NCBI GenBank assembly: GCA_031385445.1
Contig: JANNBM010000024.1
Span: 1,616 to 65,615 of the forward strand
Direction of reading: 5' to 3'
Length of the DNA stretch: 64,000 nt
Origin: Paracoccaceae bacterium
Lineage (GTDB): Bacteria; Pseudomonadota; Alphaproteobacteria; Rhodobacterales; Rhodobacteraceae
In this document: piece after piece, positions 56,085 to 64,000 of the stretch
Position numbering within the stretch: the stretch's first letter is position 1
Layout: each line of letters starts with the position of its first letter
Program-made: the position numbers and the translations under genes
Notes under the pieces: model-generated
What the model saw: only the letters and a program-made list of their open reading frames with translations
Told to the model about the DNA's origin: nothing
Database searches by the model: none

Positions 56085-56831
56085 ATGTTAGACTGGTCCA
56101 CCGCAGCCCCCGCTATTGGTGCTGCATTTCTGGCATCCGTGGTCGAAGTGGTGGAGGCGTTTACCATCGTGCTCGTCGTTGCCACCCTGCGCGGCTGGCG
56201 TCCGGCGATCGTGGGAACCGGGGCCGCGCTGGCAACGCTTACTGCGGTGGTCGTCGTCCTTGGGCCGCTGATGAACCGGGTGCCAGTGCCGGTTTTGCAA
56301 CTTTTTATCGGGGTGCTTTCGCTTTTATTCGGCATCGGCTGGCTGCGCAAGGCGGCGCTGCGGGCGGGGGGTGTTTTGCCGCTGCATGACGAAGACGCGG
56401 CTTTTGCCAGACAAAGCGCGCTGTTGGGCGCCGAGGTTCAGCGGGCGAAGGCCGCGCAGGATTGGATCGCCGGGATAGCAGCCTTCAAGGCGGTGCTGCT
56501 GGAGGGGCTGGAGGTGGTCTTTATCGTCATCGCGGTGGGCGCGGGCCGGGGCATGCTGGTGCCGGCCAGCCTTGGGGCGCTTGCCGCCTGCGCGCTGGTG
56601 CTGGGGATCGGGGCAGCGGCGCACCGGCCCTTGTCGCGGGTGCCCGAGAACCGCTTGAAATTCGCGGTTGGCGTCATGCTGTCGTCGTTTGGCGTGTTCT
56701 GGACCGGCGAGGGGCTTGGCGTGGCGTGGCCGGGGCAGGATCTGGCGCTGCTGGTCTTTGCCGCGCTGTTCCTGGGTGCGGGTCTGGTGGCCGCACGCAT
56801 GGTGCGGCCAGACGTGGAGGCGTTTACATGA
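56085..56831 (+). CDS. integral membrane protein (COG4280-like, two repeated halves)
   Basis: About 248 aa; ATG 56061 is an alternative start. Hydrophobic, with a repeated E-x-x-E-containing helix (SVVEVVEAFTIVLV / LLEGLEVVFIVIAV). The family call is tentative. Confidence 0.6.
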   Translation: MLDWSTAAPAIGAAFLASVVEVVEAFTIVLVVATLRGWRPAIVGTGAALATLTAVVVVLGPLMNRVPVPVLQLFIGVLSLLFGIGWLRKAALRAGGVLPLHDEDAAFARQSALLGAEVQRAKAAQDWIAGIAAFKAVLLEGLEVVFIVIAVGAGRGMLVPASLGALAACALVLGIGAAAHRPLSRVPENRLKFAVGVMLSSFGVFWTGEGLGVAWPGQDLALLVFAALFLGAGLVAARMVRPDVEAFT

Positions 56832-57070
56832 GCATTTCAAAGGATATCTGGGGCGAGTTGACCAAGATGTTTGTCAGCGACGCGCGCGTGACGGGCTTCA
56901 TTCTGGCCTTGGTGGCGGTGACGGCGGCACTATGTTTTGGCACCGACCTGCCGCCCTTGTTCGCCGGGGCGTTTCTGCTGTGCGGCAGTCTGTCTATTCT
57001 TGTCCTTGGCGTGCGCGCCGAGGCGCGTCGCCGTTTGGCGGCAAAGGGCAGAGCCCCGGATAAAATCTGA
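56828..57070 (+). CDS. small two-helix membrane protein
   Basis: 80 aa. ATG 56828 overlaps the upstream stop (ATGA). Helices are GFILALVAVTAALCF and LFAGAFLLCGSLSILVLGV. No family recognised. Confidence 0.5.
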   Translation: MSISKDIWGELTKMFVSDARVTGFILALVAVTAALCFGTDLPPLFAGAFLLCGSLSILVLGVRAEARRRLAAKGRAPDKI

Positions 57071-57160
57071 GCGAGCCTGCGGCGCAGATCTTGTCGCCAA
57101 CGGAATCGTTTTGTCGCCTATAAGCCTGCGGTCGCTGCGGCCATAAGTCAAAGCTGGCCC

Positions 57161-58390
57161 ATGGCCCTTCGGTACATCCCCACGCATTTGCGGCATTCCG
57201 GCTCGCCGAAACTGCAGCATTTTGCTTTGCTAGCGGGGCTGGAGGCGGCGGTGCGCGGCACGCTGATCTCGACCATTCCCATCGCGGTTTATGATGCGTT
57301 CGGGTCGGCGAAAAACCTGTCGACGGTGTATTTCATCGCAGGAGTGGTGACGCTGTTCTGGGGGCTGATGGTGCCCCGGCTGACGCAGATTTGGCCGCGG
57401 CGCTGGGTCTATTCGGCGGGCTGCGGGCTTTACCTGGTGTCGATGTCCCTGTTTATCGTCGGAACGCCGCTGAGCGTGCAGATCGGTATTCTGGTGATGG
57501 GGATGGCGACGGTCACCTGTTTTGTGTGTTTCAACGCCTATGTGCTGGATTATGTGCCGCGCGTTGATCTGGGCCGCTCGCAAAGCCTGACGATGGTTTA
57601 CGCCGCCGCACCTTGGGCTATCGGGCCGTTGTCGGGGGTATGGCTGCGCGGGCATTGGGCACCGCTGCCGTTTTTGGTGGCGGGGGCCTTTGCGATTTTG
57701 CAGGTCTCGGTTTTTCTGTATCTTCGGCTTGGCAATGGCCGCCAGATCACCAAGGCCAAGGGGCCGGCGGTTAACCCGCTTGCCTATTTGGGCCGGTTTT
57801 TCCGGCAGCCGAGGCTGATTGCGGGTTGGCTTTACGCGGTGATCCGCAGCTGCGGCTGGTGGGTTTACGTGGTGTATGTGCCGATTTTCTGTATCGAAAA
57901 CGGACTTGGCCACACGCTTGGTGGGGTGATGCTGTCCACCACCAACGCCACCTTGCTGTTGTCGCCGTTCATGGCGGCATGGGTGCGTAAGGTGTCGGTG
58001 CGGGTCGCGGTCCGCAGTTCGGTGGCCTATTGCGCAGTGTTCTTCATCGGCGCGACGCTGGTTTCGCACTGGCCCATCGCGGCGGTTGTGCTGCTTTACA
58101 TCGGATCTTTCGGCCTGGTGATGCTTGACGTCGTGGGCGGTCTGCCGTTCATGATGTCGGTCAAACCGTCCGAGCGGGCCGAGATGGCGGCGGTTTATTC
58201 CAGCTTTCGCGATGTCTCGGGCATTGCCACGCCGGGGGCGGCGTGGCTGGTGCTTTGGGTGGCGCCCGTTGGTGCGATCTTTGCCGCATCCGGTGCGGCC
58301 TTTGCCGGGGCTTTTGTGATGGCAGGCGCGCTGCACCACCGGCTCGGGGCGCAGCGCCCGTCGCGCGGCGGTGATCAGGCCCAGACGTAG
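57161..58390 (+). CDS. MFS transporter
   Basis: 409 aa with a 12-helix-type profile. Confidence 0.75.
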   Translation: MALRYIPTHLRHSGSPKLQHFALLAGLEAAVRGTLISTIPIAVYDAFGSAKNLSTVYFIAGVVTLFWGLMVPRLTQIWPRRWVYSAGCGLYLVSMSLFIVGTPLSVQIGILVMGMATVTCFVCFNAYVLDYVPRVDLGRSQSLTMVYAAAPWAIGPLSGVWLRGHWAPLPFLVAGAFAILQVSVFLYLRLGNGRQITKAKGPAVNPLAYLGRFFRQPRLIAGWLYAVIRSCGWWVYVVYVPIFCIENGLGHTLGGVMLSTTNATLLLSPFMAAWVRKVSVRVAVRSSVAYCAVFFIGATLVSHWPIAAVVLLYIGSFGLVMLDVVGGLPFMMSVKPSERAEMAAVYSSFRDVSGIATPGAAWLVLWVAPVGAIFAASGAAFAGAFVMAGALHHRLGAQRPSRGGDQAQT

Positions 58391-59388
58391 CCGCCCTTGA
58401 CCAGCCAGGCCGCGGTGATTTTCAGCGCCTCTTCAGGAGGTGTAAAGGCCATACCCATCCCGGTCACGGCGCGGGTGTTCAGGACGGTGTGGGTCTTGTT
58501 CAAGGATGGCAACACAGAGCGCAGCCCGCTATCAAACAGCGCGAAGGCGTGCAGCAGAAACGCCGGGGCGGCCCGCGTCGGAATGCGGCGGACCGGATAG
58601 GCGGCCTTCAGCAGCTGACCCATCTGCACCATCGACATCGACCCTGCAACCGCCGCAAAACGCTTGCCCGCCGTGCCTGCGTTCTGCACGGCGCGCAGGT
58701 GCATCGTGGCCACATCGGCCACATCGACCACCGAAAAATCGATCATCGGCAGCATCGGATCGCGCCCCTTCATCACCCGCTGCACCAACGCGACCGAAGA
58801 GCCAAAGGTCGCGTCCAGTGGCGCACCCAGAACCAGACCGGGGTTGATCGTCGTCAGGTCCAGCCCGTTTTCCTTGGCAAAGTCCCAAGCGGCACGTTCG
58901 GCCAGAATCTTTGACTTGGAATAGGCACTGGTGGTCGGCAGGGTTGCATCGGCCCAGGATGCCTCGTCAAAGGTGCCGGAGCGTTCGGAAGCGATGATCG
59001 CGGCGGAAGAGGAGGTCAGCACGACGCGGGTGATCCGGGCGGCATGGGCGGCACGAAGCGCGCGCAGGGTGCCACCCACGGCGGGGCCGATCAGCAAGTT
59101 TTCGTCCTTTGGCTGGGCCAGCGGAAAAGGCGAGGCGGTGTGCACCAGAATATCCGCGCCCTGCATCGCCTCCGTCCAGCCCGCATCCGCATCCAGATCG
59201 GCCTGCGCAAAGCTAAGCCGCGCCATCGCCGCCGCGTCCAGATGCGGCGCAAGCGCGCGGCGCACCTCGTCGCCCCGGTCCAATCGGCGAACCGTGCCGC
59301 GCAGGATGTACCCCTCGCGCAGCAGGGCAAGGGCCACATGTTTGGCGATAAAGCCCGAGATTCCGGTCAGAACGATGGTCTGGGACAT
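58375..59388 (-). CDS. NAD-dependent epimerase/dehydratase family (aldehyde-reductase-like extended SDR)
   Basis: 337 aa. VLTGISGFIAKHV (GxxGxxG) and YSKSK (YxxxK). Confidence 0.8.
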   Translation of the reverse strand: MSQTIVLTGISGFIAKHVALALLREGYILRGTVRRLDRGDEVRRALAPHLDAAAMARLSFAQADLDADAGWTEAMQGADILVHTASPFPLAQPKDENLLIGPAVGGTLRALRAAHAARITRVVLTSSSAAIIASERSGTFDEASWADATLPTTSAYSKSKILAERAAWDFAKENGLDLTTINPGLVLGAPLDATFGSSVALVQRVMKGRDPMLPMIDFSVVDVADVATMHLRAVQNAGTAGKRFAAVAGSMSMVQMGQLLKAAYPVRRIPTRAAPAFLLHAFALFDSGLRSVLPSLNKTHTVLNTRAVTGMGMAFTPPEEALKITAAWLVKGGYVWA

Positions 59389-59588
59389 GGGATGCCGCTC
59401 CTCAACGCGTTTTCAACCGGCAGGATAGTCGCAATTTCATGGGGTGAAAGGGCCAAAGGGGCAAAGATGTCGGGAATGGTGGTGTTGCGGGGTCCGGCAA
59501 ACCGAAAAGGCGCAGGTTTTGCGTTGGGGCCGGGATTTTGCGCCGGATTGGGGATGCAGCGCGGCGCGGGGCGCGGTAAAAGGCCGGG

Positions 59589-60353
59589 ATGGATTGGATT
59601 TTGGCAGATATTCCGCAAACGGCGTTTTGGGCGGCCATGGCCATCGCCGGGTTCGCGGGCTTTGTGAAGGGCGCCATCGGCTTTGCCATGCCGATGATCA
59701 TGATCTCGGCGTTTTCCAGTTTTTTGACGCCGCATCAGGCGCTTGCAGGGCTGATCCTGCCCACCGTGGTCACAAATATCCTGCAGGCCTTTCGCGGGGG
59801 CGTGCCCGCCGCGATCCGCACCGCGATGGAGTATCGGCGGTTCTTGGGGGCGACGCTGGTGATGCTGGTGATCTCGGCGCAGTTTGTCGAGGCGATCCCG
59901 CAGGCGGCTTTCCTGCTGCTTTTGGGGGTGCCGATCACGCTGTTCGCGCTGATGCGCCTCAGTGGGCGCGCATTGGCGCTGCGGCTGGACCATCGGGGGC
60001 GGGCGGAATGGGCGCTGGGGGTGATCGGCGGGCTTTATGGCGGAATTTCGGGGGTTTGGGGGCCGCCCTTGCTGGTCTATCTGTTGTCCATCGGCGCGGA
60101 CAAGGCCGAGATTGTGCGCGCCCAAGGGGTGGTGTTTCTGCTTGGCGCGGTGGTGCTTTTGGCGGCGCATCTGCAAACCGGAGTGATGGACCAACAGAAC
60201 CTGATCTTTTCGGCGGCGCTGGTGGTGCCGGCGCTGCTGGGACAGTTGGCCGGCCTTTGGGTACAAGACCGGCTGGATCAGGAAAAATTTGCCCGCTGGA
60301 CCCAGATTTTGCTGGTTCTGACCGGGCTGAATCTGGTGATCCGGGCGCTATAG
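59589..60353 (+). CDS. TauE/SafE family sulfite-exporter-like membrane protein
   Basis: 254 aa. Repeated-halves membrane protein with GFVKGAIGFAMPMI and GGLYGGISGVWGPPLL motifs. Confidence 0.8.
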   Translation: MDWILADIPQTAFWAAMAIAGFAGFVKGAIGFAMPMIMISAFSSFLTPHQALAGLILPTVVTNILQAFRGGVPAAIRTAMEYRRFLGATLVMLVISAQFVEAIPQAAFLLLLGVPITLFALMRLSGRALALRLDHRGRAEWALGVIGGLYGGISGVWGPPLLVYLLSIGADKAEIVRAQGVVFLLGAVVLLAAHLQTGVMDQQNLIFSAALVVPALLGQLAGLWVQDRLDQEKFARWTQILLVLTGLNLVIRAL

Positions 60354-60357
60354 CGGG

Positions 60358-61956
60358 TCAACCGATCGCGGCCGCCCTTACATCGGCATTGATGAAGGGC
60401 AGGTATTGTTCGAAATTGTCGCAGAACATCCGCACCAGTTTTGCCGCCTGACGATCATAGGCTTTTGGATCGGCCCATGTGCCGCGCGGGTTCAACAGGG
60501 CGCTGTCAACGCCGGGCACCGACAGAGGCACCTCGAAGCCAAAGTTGGGATCCTTCTGAAACGGGGTCTTTGCCAAAGATCCGTCCAACGCCGCCGACAG
60601 CAAGGCGCGGGTGGCCCTGATCGGCATCCGTTGGCCCGTGCCATAAGCGCCGCCGGTCCAGCCGGTGTTGACCAGCCAGCAGGTGGCCCCGGTCTGCGCG
60701 ATCTTTTGCTGCAGAAGCTTGCCATAAACCTCGGGGCGGCGAGGCATGAAGGGGGCGCCGAAACAGGTGGAAAAGGTCGGCGTCGGTTCGGTCACGCCGC
60801 GCTCGGTTCCGGCGGTTTTGGCGGTGAAACCGGACAGGAAATGGTACATCGCCTGCGCCGGGGTCAGCCGCGCGATGGGCGGCAGAACGCCATAGGCATC
60901 GCAGGTCAGCATGATGATATGCTGCGGCTGCCCGCCCAACCCCGTGGGCGACGCGTTCGAGATATAGTCCAGCGGATAGGCGCAGCGGGTGTTTTCGGTC
61001 AGCGAGGTGTCGGCGAAATCCAGATCGAGCGTGTCGCGGTCGTAGACCATGTTTTCCACAACCGTCGCAAAGCGGTGCGTGGTCGCGTAAATTTCCGGCT
61101 CGGCCGTGGGCGACAGATTGATGGTCTTGGCATAGCAGCCGCCTTCGAAATTGAAGGTGCCGGTATCAGACCAGCCATGTTCATCATCGCCGATCAGCAC
61201 CCGGTCGGGCGCGGCGGACAGGGTGGTTTTTCCGGTGCCCGACAGGCCAAAGAACACGGCGGTCTGCAAAGGATCGCCCGGCGCGTGGTTGGCCGAACAG
61301 TGCATCGGCATGACGCCGTTTTCCGGCAGAAGATAGTTCAGAAGGGTGAAGACCGATTTCTTGTTCTCGCCCGCATAGGCCGTGTTGGCGATCAGGATCA
61401 GCTTTTTGTCAAAGTTCAGGGTGATGACGGTTTCGCTGCGACAGCCGTGGCGGGCCGGATCGGCCTTGAAAGAGGGGCAGTTTATGATGGTCCATTCGGG
61501 CAGGAAACTGTCAAGTTCATGGCGCGAGGGGCGGCGCAGCAGATGGCGGATGAACAGGCTGTGCCAGGCAAGCTCCGTGATCACGCGCACGTCAAGGCGA
61601 TGGGCGGGATCGGCGCCGGCGTAAAGATCCTGAACGAAATAATCGCGGCCCTTCATGTGGGCCAGCATGTCGGCGTGCAAAAGCTCGAACGCGGCGGGGG
61701 CCATCGGCGCATTGTTTTCCCACCAGATCGTGTTTTCCACCGACGGCGTGCGCACCACGAATTTGTCTTTTGGCGAGCGTCCGGTGAACTTTCCTGTGGT
61801 GCAAAGGAACGCGCCGCCCTTCCCCAAACACCCCTCGCCGCGCGTTACGGCGGCCTGGACCAAAGGCGCTTCGGTAAAATTATAGCTGACCGATCCGAGC
61901 CCCGTGATCCCCTGCGCTTCCAGCATCGCCTGTGGATTGACCCGCCCTGTCATCAT
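60358..61956 (-). CDS. pckA: phosphoenolpyruvate carboxykinase (ATP)
   Basis: 532 aa from ATG 61956. [10 protein letters not shown], the kinase-1a loop [13 protein letters not shown] and IGDDEHGW. The ORF extension to 62160 is non-homologous. Confidence 0.95.
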   Translation of the reverse strand: MMTGRVNPQAMLEAQGITGLGSVSYNFTEAPLVQAAVTRGEGCLGKGGAFLCTTGKFTGRSPKDKFVVRTPSVENTIWWENNAPMAPAAFELLHADMLAHMKGRDYFVQDLYAGADPAHRLDVRVITELAWHSLFIRHLLRRPSRHELDSFLPEWTIINCPSFKADPARHGCRSETVITLNFDKKLILIANTAYAGENKKSVFTLLNYLLPENGVMPMHCSANHAPGDPLQTAVFFGLSGTGKTTLSAAPDRVLIGDDEHGWSDTGTFNFEGGCYAKTINLSPTAEPEIYATTHRFATVVENMVYDRDTLDLDFADTSLTENTRCAYPLDYISNASPTGLGGQPQHIIMLTCDAYGVLPPIARLTPAQAMYHFLSGFTAKTAGTERGVTEPTPTFSTCFGAPFMPRRPEVYGKLLQQKIAQTGATCWLVNTGWTGGAYGTGQRMPIRATRALLSAALDGSLAKTPFQKDPNFGFEVPLSVPGVDSALLNPRGTWADPKAYDRQAAKLVRMFCDNFEQYLPFINADVRAAAIG

Positions 61957-62106
61957 TTTGCTCGCTTCCGATTTCTGGCCAGGTTTGCGTTGGCCCGATA
62001 AAAATCCAAAGGCTCGCGGCACATTTTCGGGACGCGAACCTGTTATGCAGCTGTATGGCCAACAGTTAACATTATTAAATTCAGTAGGATAGAAGGCATT
62101 GCGACT

Positions 62107-62140
62107 GTTAGCGCAATCAATGGGGGCGTTAGCGCAATCA
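62107..62140. promoter_or_regulatory. 13-bp direct repeat GTTAGCGCAATCA x2 (candidate response-regulator site)
   Basis: Identical 13-mers at 62107-62119 and 62128-62140, with starts 21 bp apart, in the pckA / chvI divergent control region. Confidence 0.35.
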
Positions 62141-62309
62141 TTTCCGGGAATAGTTTGCACTGAGGCAAATTAGTCATTCCTTGGGAATTTTTGCGCTCTA
62201 CTAAGGTCCAGACAGGGGTGATTCGCACATTAGTATTGATTCTGAGCCCCGAAAACCGGACAATGGACGAAACGATAAAAAACAACCGAGCAGAACAGGA
62301 AACCCAAAC

Positions 62310-63011
62310 ATGGCAAGGATCGCCCTTGTGGACGACGACAGGAATATCCTGACGTCGGTCTCGATGACTCTTGAAGCCGAAGGGTTCGAAGTCGAAACCT
62401 TTAATGACGGGCAAAGCGCGCTGGACGCGTTCAACCGCCGCATGCCCGATATGGCCGTTCTGGACATCAAGATGCCCCGGATGGACGGTATGGATCTGTT
62501 GCAGCGGCTGCGGCAGAAAACCACGATGCCGGTGATCTTTCTGACCTCCAAGGACGATGAGATCGACGAAGTTCTGGGCCTTCGAATGGGCGCGGACGAT
62601 TATGTGAAAAAACCCTTCAGCCAGCGACTTCTGGTGGAACGCATCCGCTCGCTTTTGCGCCGGCAGGATGCGATTGCCACGGGCGAAGTGGCCGTGACCG
62701 AAGAGACGAAGATCATGGAACGCGGGCAGCTGCGGATGGACCCCTTGCGCCATTCGGTCAGCTGGAAAGGCCGTGACGTTTCGCTGACGGTGACGGAATT
62801 CATGCTGCTGCAGGCTTTGGCGCAGCGGCCCGGTTTCGTGAAATCGCGCGATCAGCTGATGGATGTGGCCTATGACGATCAGGTCTATGTCGATGACCGC
62901 ACGATCGACAGCCATATCAAGCGGTTGCGCAAGAAAATGCGCACCGTCGATGATGATTTCACAGCGATCGAGACGCTGTATGGGATCGGATATCGTTACA
63001 ACGAAGAATGA
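62310..63011 (+). CDS. chvI: OmpR-family response regulator ChvI
   Basis: 233 aa with a receiver domain ([27 protein letters not shown]) and a wHTH ([41 protein letters not shown]). pckA-chvI-chvG synteny. Confidence 0.9.
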   Translation: MARIALVDDDRNILTSVSMTLEAEGFEVETFNDGQSALDAFNRRMPDMAVLDIKMPRMDGMDLLQRLRQKTTMPVIFLTSKDDEIDEVLGLRMGADDYVKKPFSQRLLVERIRSLLRRQDAIATGEVAVTEETKIMERGQLRMDPLRHSVSWKGRDVSLTVTEFMLLQALAQRPGFVKSRDQLMDVAYDDQVYVDDRTIDSHIKRLRKKMRTVDDDFTAIETLYGIGYRYNEE

Positions 63012-64000
63012 CAACGGTGCCGCAAGCCAGAACGAAACCGCCCGAGGCCGGGCGCCCGGGCGATGTCTTGCTCGGGGAAGACTGGGTATCGCCCGGCGCT
63101 ATGGCCGATGCTATGGCGGGACAAAAAGCGCGGCGCGGCGGGTTCTTTGTGCTGGAACGCTCGCCGCTCGCGCGGAAAATCATCCTGTTCAACTTGCTGG
63201 CACTGGTTATTCTGGTCGCGGGGGTTTTGTTCTTTAATCCCTTTCGCGACAGCCTGGTTATTCAGCACGAACAGGCGCTTGCCACCCAAGCGCAGTTGAT
63301 CGCAGGCACGCTTCAGGCAGCACTTCCCCAGACCTTTGCCAACGCCGACGACGAACTGGCCAAGATCGCCGGGCGATTGCCAGACCTGCCGGTCGCGCTG
63401 GGGGTCGAGATTTTCCTGTTCGACACCGATGGTGTCTTGGTGGCATCCGCCATTGGAACCACGGCCAGCCAGGCGCAAAAACCCAAGCGTAACACGGTCA
63501 TCACGGATTTTCTGAACGTTATCTGGGGAACAGCGGCCGCGATTTTCGGCGGTGATGCACAAGCAGACAAGCAAAGCAGTCAAGTTCTGGTCAGTCAGAT
63601 TTCGGCGCGGGCCCTGAAGGACGCAAAGACGGTGACCTCGGGGATGGGCGGCGAGTCGGGGCTTTTGTTCGCGGTGGCGTCGCCGGTGATGCAGTCTGGC
63701 GTGATCGTCGGCACGGTCGCGCTGACCTCGGCCAAAGGCGAGATCGACCGTCTGGTCAGCTATGAGCGTGAGCAGATCCTGCAGATGTTCGTGATCGCGC
63801 TTTTGGTGTCGATCGGCCTGTCGCTGGTGCTGGCCTCGACGATTGCCAACCCGCTCAGCGATCTGGCCGAAGCGGCAGAGATGGGCCAGAACCGCGATTC
63901 GCGGCGCGTGTCGCCGGGGCGCATTCGAATCCCCGATCTTGCCGCGCGGCCGGATGAGATCGGCCGTTTGTCGGTGGCCATGCGCGGCATGGTGACGGCG
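63008..64000 (+). CDS. chvG: sensor histidine kinase ChvG (N-terminal 331 codons; runs off the right edge)
   Basis: ATG 63008 overlaps the chvI stop (ATGA). The frame stays open to base 64000. TM1 ([19 protein letters not shown]), a periplasmic domain, TM2 ([18 protein letters not shown]) and the start of HAMP ([26 protein letters not shown]). Confidence 0.85.
   Translation, partial: MTTVPQARTKPPEAGRPGDVLLGEDWVSPGAMADAMAGQKARRGGFFVLERSPLARKIILFNLLALVILVAGVLFFNPFRDSLVIQHEQALATQAQLIAGTLQAALPQTFANADDELAKIAGRLPDLPVALGVEIFLFDTDGVLVASAIGTTASQAQKPKRNTVITDFLNVIWGTAAAIFGGDAQADKQSSQVLVSQISARALKDAKTVTSGMGGESGLLFAVASPVMQSGVIVGTVALTSAKGEIDRLVSYEREQILQMFVIALLVSIGLSLVLASTIANPLSDLAEAAEMGQNRDSRRVSPGRIRIPDLAARPDEIGRLSVAMRGMVTA

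Noticed and set aside
62218-62246. dif-like sequence GGTGATTCGCACATTAGTATTGATTCTGA, whose left part resembles the XerC arm of dif.
   Set aside because: The XerD arm (TTATGTTAAAT type), normally the best conserved part, is not matched. A similar partial match at 9145-9165 (CTATGTTAACA) lacks a XerC arm.
62376-62396. tRNA-like GGTTCGAA (T-arm-like) strings, for example inside chvI and near 44020.
   Set aside because: They lie inside well-supported coding sequence, and no acceptor, D or anticodon arms can be built around them. I found no tRNA in the window.

Overview
64-kb, high-GC chromosomal segment. Its gene content and synteny look like an alphaproteobacterium of the Rhodobacterales type: a chrR-rpoE singlet-oxygen module, a GTTC-N7-GTTC SOS box, rnhB-ccrM, pckA-chvI-chvG and cytochrome c'. 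All family calls come from reading the supplied translations and the DNA by eye; no database, HMM or folding program was run. I call about 70 protein-coding genes (two run off the window edges), one heavily decayed pseudogene, five REP hairpins around a RayT transposase, seven terminator-like hairpins (two orphan or lacking a U tract) and a handful of candidate regulatory motifs. I saw no rRNA, tRNA, CRISPR array, prophage or classical IS element. Most of the window is ordinary core chromosome. The loci most worth a second look are listed here. (1) An SOS-boxed imuB lacks imuA and dnaE2, and a REP/RayT element sits in the dnaE2 slot. (2) Two divergently transcribed small exported proteins, each with a perfect Shine-Dalgarno, are coupled to a membrane-anchored OmpR-type winged-helix protein that has no receiver domain, and the shared control region carries phased ATAAC motifs. 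(3) hspQ, a STAS antagonist and an RsbW-like kinase form an orphan partner-switching module. (4) A lower-GC glycosyltransferase/methyltransferase islet beside pnp is bracketed by two diverged paralogues. (5) Back-to-back sigma-E-type promoters lie next to a translationally coupled operon of the furan-fatty-acid type. (6) The pckA-chvI control region carries a 13-bp direct repeat. I cannot tell from the sequence alone whether any of these is truly undescribed.
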